Of a stretch of 64,000 bases of DNA, positions 62,337 through 64,000 are shown piece by piece. The notes under the pieces are model-generated. The model was not told the DNA's origin, ran no database searches, and saw nothing but the letters and a program-made list of their open reading frames with translations. The translations under genes and the position numbers were made by a program. Numbering within the stretch: the stretch's first letter is position 1; every line of letters begins with the position of its first letter. Where the stretch lies: IMG/VR virus record IMGVR_UViG_2799113095_000002, one strand, 5' to 3'. The DNA is from a virus (taxonomy: Duplodnaviria > Heunggongvirae > Uroviricota > Caudoviricetes).

Positions 62337-62645
62337 ATGAGCGCTATGAGTACGTTGTATTCGGTTCCGAACGAGACCCTGTCCCAGACGGTGGCCCGCC
62401 GAATCCGGGGGCTGCTCGGGGAGAAGCGCATCTCTCAGGCCAAGTTCGCCAAGATGCTGGAGACGAACACCGCGAGCATGTCGCGGCGGCTCTCAGGCGA
62501 GTACCCCATCGACCTGGCTGAGGTTGAAAAGTATGCAGCCGCACTGGGGGTGTCCCCAATGCGGCTGTTGACTGGTCGGCCTGACGGCAGTGGCCCCGAT
62601 GGACCGGATGTGCGCCCGAAGGGATTCGAACCCCTAACCTTCTGA
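62337..62645 (+). CDS. XRE-family HTH immunity repressor whose 3-prime end is fused to host tRNA-Arg sequence (integration-truncated form)
   Basis: HTH TLSQTVARRIRGLLGEKRISQAKFAKMLETNTASMSRRL. The last 11 codons (RPKGFEPLTF, stop) are encoded by the 3-prime half of the tRNA-Arg gene on the opposite strand. Confidence 0.7.
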   Translation: MSAMSTLYSVPNETLSQTVARRIRGLLGEKRISQAKFAKMLETNTASMSRRLSGEYPIDLAEVEKYAAALGVSPMRLLTGRPDGSGPDGPDVRPKGFEPLTF

Positions 62646-62683
62646 TCCGTAGTCAGATGCTCTATCCGTTGAGCTACGGGCGC
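62611..62683 (-). tRNA. tRNA-Arg (anticodon ACG)
   Basis: Minus strand reads GCGCCCGUAGCUCAACGGAUAGAGCAUCUGACUACGGAUCAGAAGGUUAGGGGUUCGAAUCCCUUCGGGCGCA, a cloverleaf with anticodon loop CUACGGA. No encoded CCA. Confidence 0.8.
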
Positions 62684-62731
62684 TTACTATTCAATTGTTG
62701 CAGGTCAACAGGTTTGGCCTGCAGACCGACG

Positions 62732-62820
62732 CGGAGGCGAGAGGATTTGAACCTCCGGTCCCCCGTAAAGGGGACAACTCATTAGCAGTGAGTCCCATTC
62801 GGCCGCTCTGGCACGCCTCC
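62732..62820 (-). tRNA. tRNA-Ser (anticodon GCU), long variable arm
   Basis: Minus strand reads GGAGGCGUGCCAGAGCGGCCGAAUGGGACUCACUGCUAAUGAGU...GGUUCAAAUCCUCUCGCCUCCG; 89 nt. Confidence 0.8.
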
Positions 62821-62956
62821 TGAACTTCCTGAGCGGGACTCCGAACCCATAAAAATGGATCCCGAACCGCCGAGGGCACAGAGTACAGGGCCGCGCGCCC
62901 CAAAGGCAAAGCCGTTGGTCGTCATCGGGCCCCACGTGCCCCGATAGTCTGGTGAC

Positions 62957-64000
62957 GTGCCCGCACGACTTCGCCCCGAGCTGACCGAACTACCGGCCTA
63001 CACACCGGGCCGAAACGTCCCCGGCGCCATCAAGCTCGCCAGTAATGAGACCGTGCAGGAACCACTGCCGAGCGTGCGGGCCGCCCTCGCCGAGGCGGGA
63101 TCGCTAATCAATCGGTACCCCGATAACGGCTACGCCGAGCTGCGCTCGCACCTGGCCAAGCACGTCGACATGCCACCCGAGCACATCGCGGTGGGGTGCG
63201 GGTCGGTGAGCCTATGCCAGCAGCTGGTCCAGATCACCGCAACGGTGGGCGACGAGGTGCTGTTCGGCTGGCGGTCCTTTGAGACCTATCCGTTGGTGGT
63301 GCGGGTCGCGGGGGCGACTCCGGTGCAGGTACCGCTGGTCGACCACACCTATGACCTCGCCGCCATGGCGGCCGCCGTGACCGACGTCACCCGGCTGATC
63401 TTCGTCTGCAACCCCAACAACCCGACCGGCACCGTGGTGCGGCCCGCCGAACTGCGGCGGTTCGTCGAGTCGGTGCCGCCGCATATCCTGATCGCGATCG
63501 ACGAGGCATACGTCGAGTACGTACGCGAGGACTTCACCGACAGCCTCGCACTGGTGCGTGAGCACCCCAATGTCGTTGTCTTACGCACCTTCTCGAAGGC
63601 ATACGGCCTGGCAGGGCTGCGAGTCGGCTACGCGGTCGGCGATCCCGATGTAATCACCACACTGGGCAAGGTGTACGTACCGTTCAGTGCGTCGAGCCTC
63701 GCGCAAGCTGCCGCGGTGGCTTCCCTCGGCGCCGCCGAGGAGCTGCTCGCGCGCACCAATGACGTTGTCACCGAACGCGCCCGGGTGACCAGCGCACTGC
63801 GGGAAGCCGGCTATCAGGTGCCGCCGTCGCAGGCTAACTTCGTGTGGTTGCCGCTGGGCGAGCGCTCCACCGAATTCGCCCAGGCCTCCGCGGAGGCTCG
63901 AATCATCGTGCGCCCCTTTGGCACTGACGGAGTCCGGGTGACCATCGGAGCACCGATGGAGAACGACGCGTTCCTGAAGTTCGCGCGCACCTGGCGCTAG
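62957..64000 (+). CDS. PLP-dependent class I/II aminotransferase (histidinol-phosphate/aromatic aminotransferase family); host gene
   Basis: 347 aa from a GTG. Typical aminotransferase sequence including the FSKAYGLAGLRVGY PLP-lysine region. Resembles the mycobacterial HisC2/Pat type. Confidence 0.8.
   Translation: MPARLRPELTELPAYTPGRNVPGAIKLASNETVQEPLPSVRAALAEAGSLINRYPDNGYAELRSHLAKHVDMPPEHIAVGCGSVSLCQQLVQITATVGDEVLFGWRSFETYPLVVRVAGATPVQVPLVDHTYDLAAMAAAVTDVTRLIFVCNPNNPTGTVVRPAELRRFVESVPPHILIAIDEAYVEYVREDFTDSLALVREHPNVVVLRTFSKAYGLAGLRVGYAVGDPDVITTLGKVYVPFSASSLAQAAAVASLGAAEELLARTNDVVTERARVTSALREAGYQVPPSQANFVWLPLGERSTEFAQASAEARIIVRPFGTDGVRVTIGAPMENDAFLKFARTWR

Noticed and set aside
62611-62645. 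Repressor 3-prime extension treated as a spurious ORF read-through into the tRNA
   Set aside because: The ORF has a clear HTH and an in-frame stop inside the tRNA. This exact arrangement is the expected product of attP-in-repressor integration.

Overview
This window is almost entirely one prophage in a high-GC actinobacterial (Mycobacterium-like) genome. Its right-hand junction lies in a host tRNA-Arg at about 62.61-62.68 kb. A host tRNA-Ser and a HisC-family aminotransferase gene follow it.

Nearly all phage genes are on the minus strand and are tightly coupled, with many 4-nt ATGA/GTGA start-stop overlaps and frequent GTG/TTG starts. The layout, left to right, is:
- 1-18.7 kb: structural and packaging genes (minor tail proteins, tape measure, frameshifted tail chaperones, major tail, head-tail genes, HK97-like capsid, prohead protease, portal, terminase).
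- 18.7-22.2 kb: a glycosyltransferase, a 2OG-Fe(II) oxygenase, a ParB-like nuclease-domain protein, a repeat-rich intergenic region, and a P-loop kinase fused to an HNH nuclease.
- 22-62 kb: about 40 kb of small early and accessory genes. Recognisable ones include a RecE/RecT-like pair, a DnaQ-like exonuclease, a metallophosphatase, Gp37/Gp68, DUF4326, DUF4031, a DnaJ-domain protein, an SPFH protein and HNH.
- The region ends with a divergent cro-like/repressor switch. The repressor reading frame runs into the tRNA, which is the signature of integration-dependent immunity.

The most unusual locus is at 31.8-37.5 kb. It holds a Ro60/Rsr (TROVE+vWA) gene preceded by five tandem, diverged Y-RNA-like modules whose tRNA-like domains are circularly permuted. 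Immediately upstream in the same transcriptional direction is a WXG100-type polymorphic nuclease toxin with a putative immunity gene.

Other notable items: a moron-like island with a terminator and one opposite-strand gene at 25.1-27.4 kb; a Pol-beta-fold nucleotidyltransferase at 30.2-31.0 kb; and iteron-like repeats inside a replication-initiator-like gene at about 45.3 kb.

All calls are from reading the sequence. No homology search was run. Coordinates derived by codon counting may be off by 1-3 nt.
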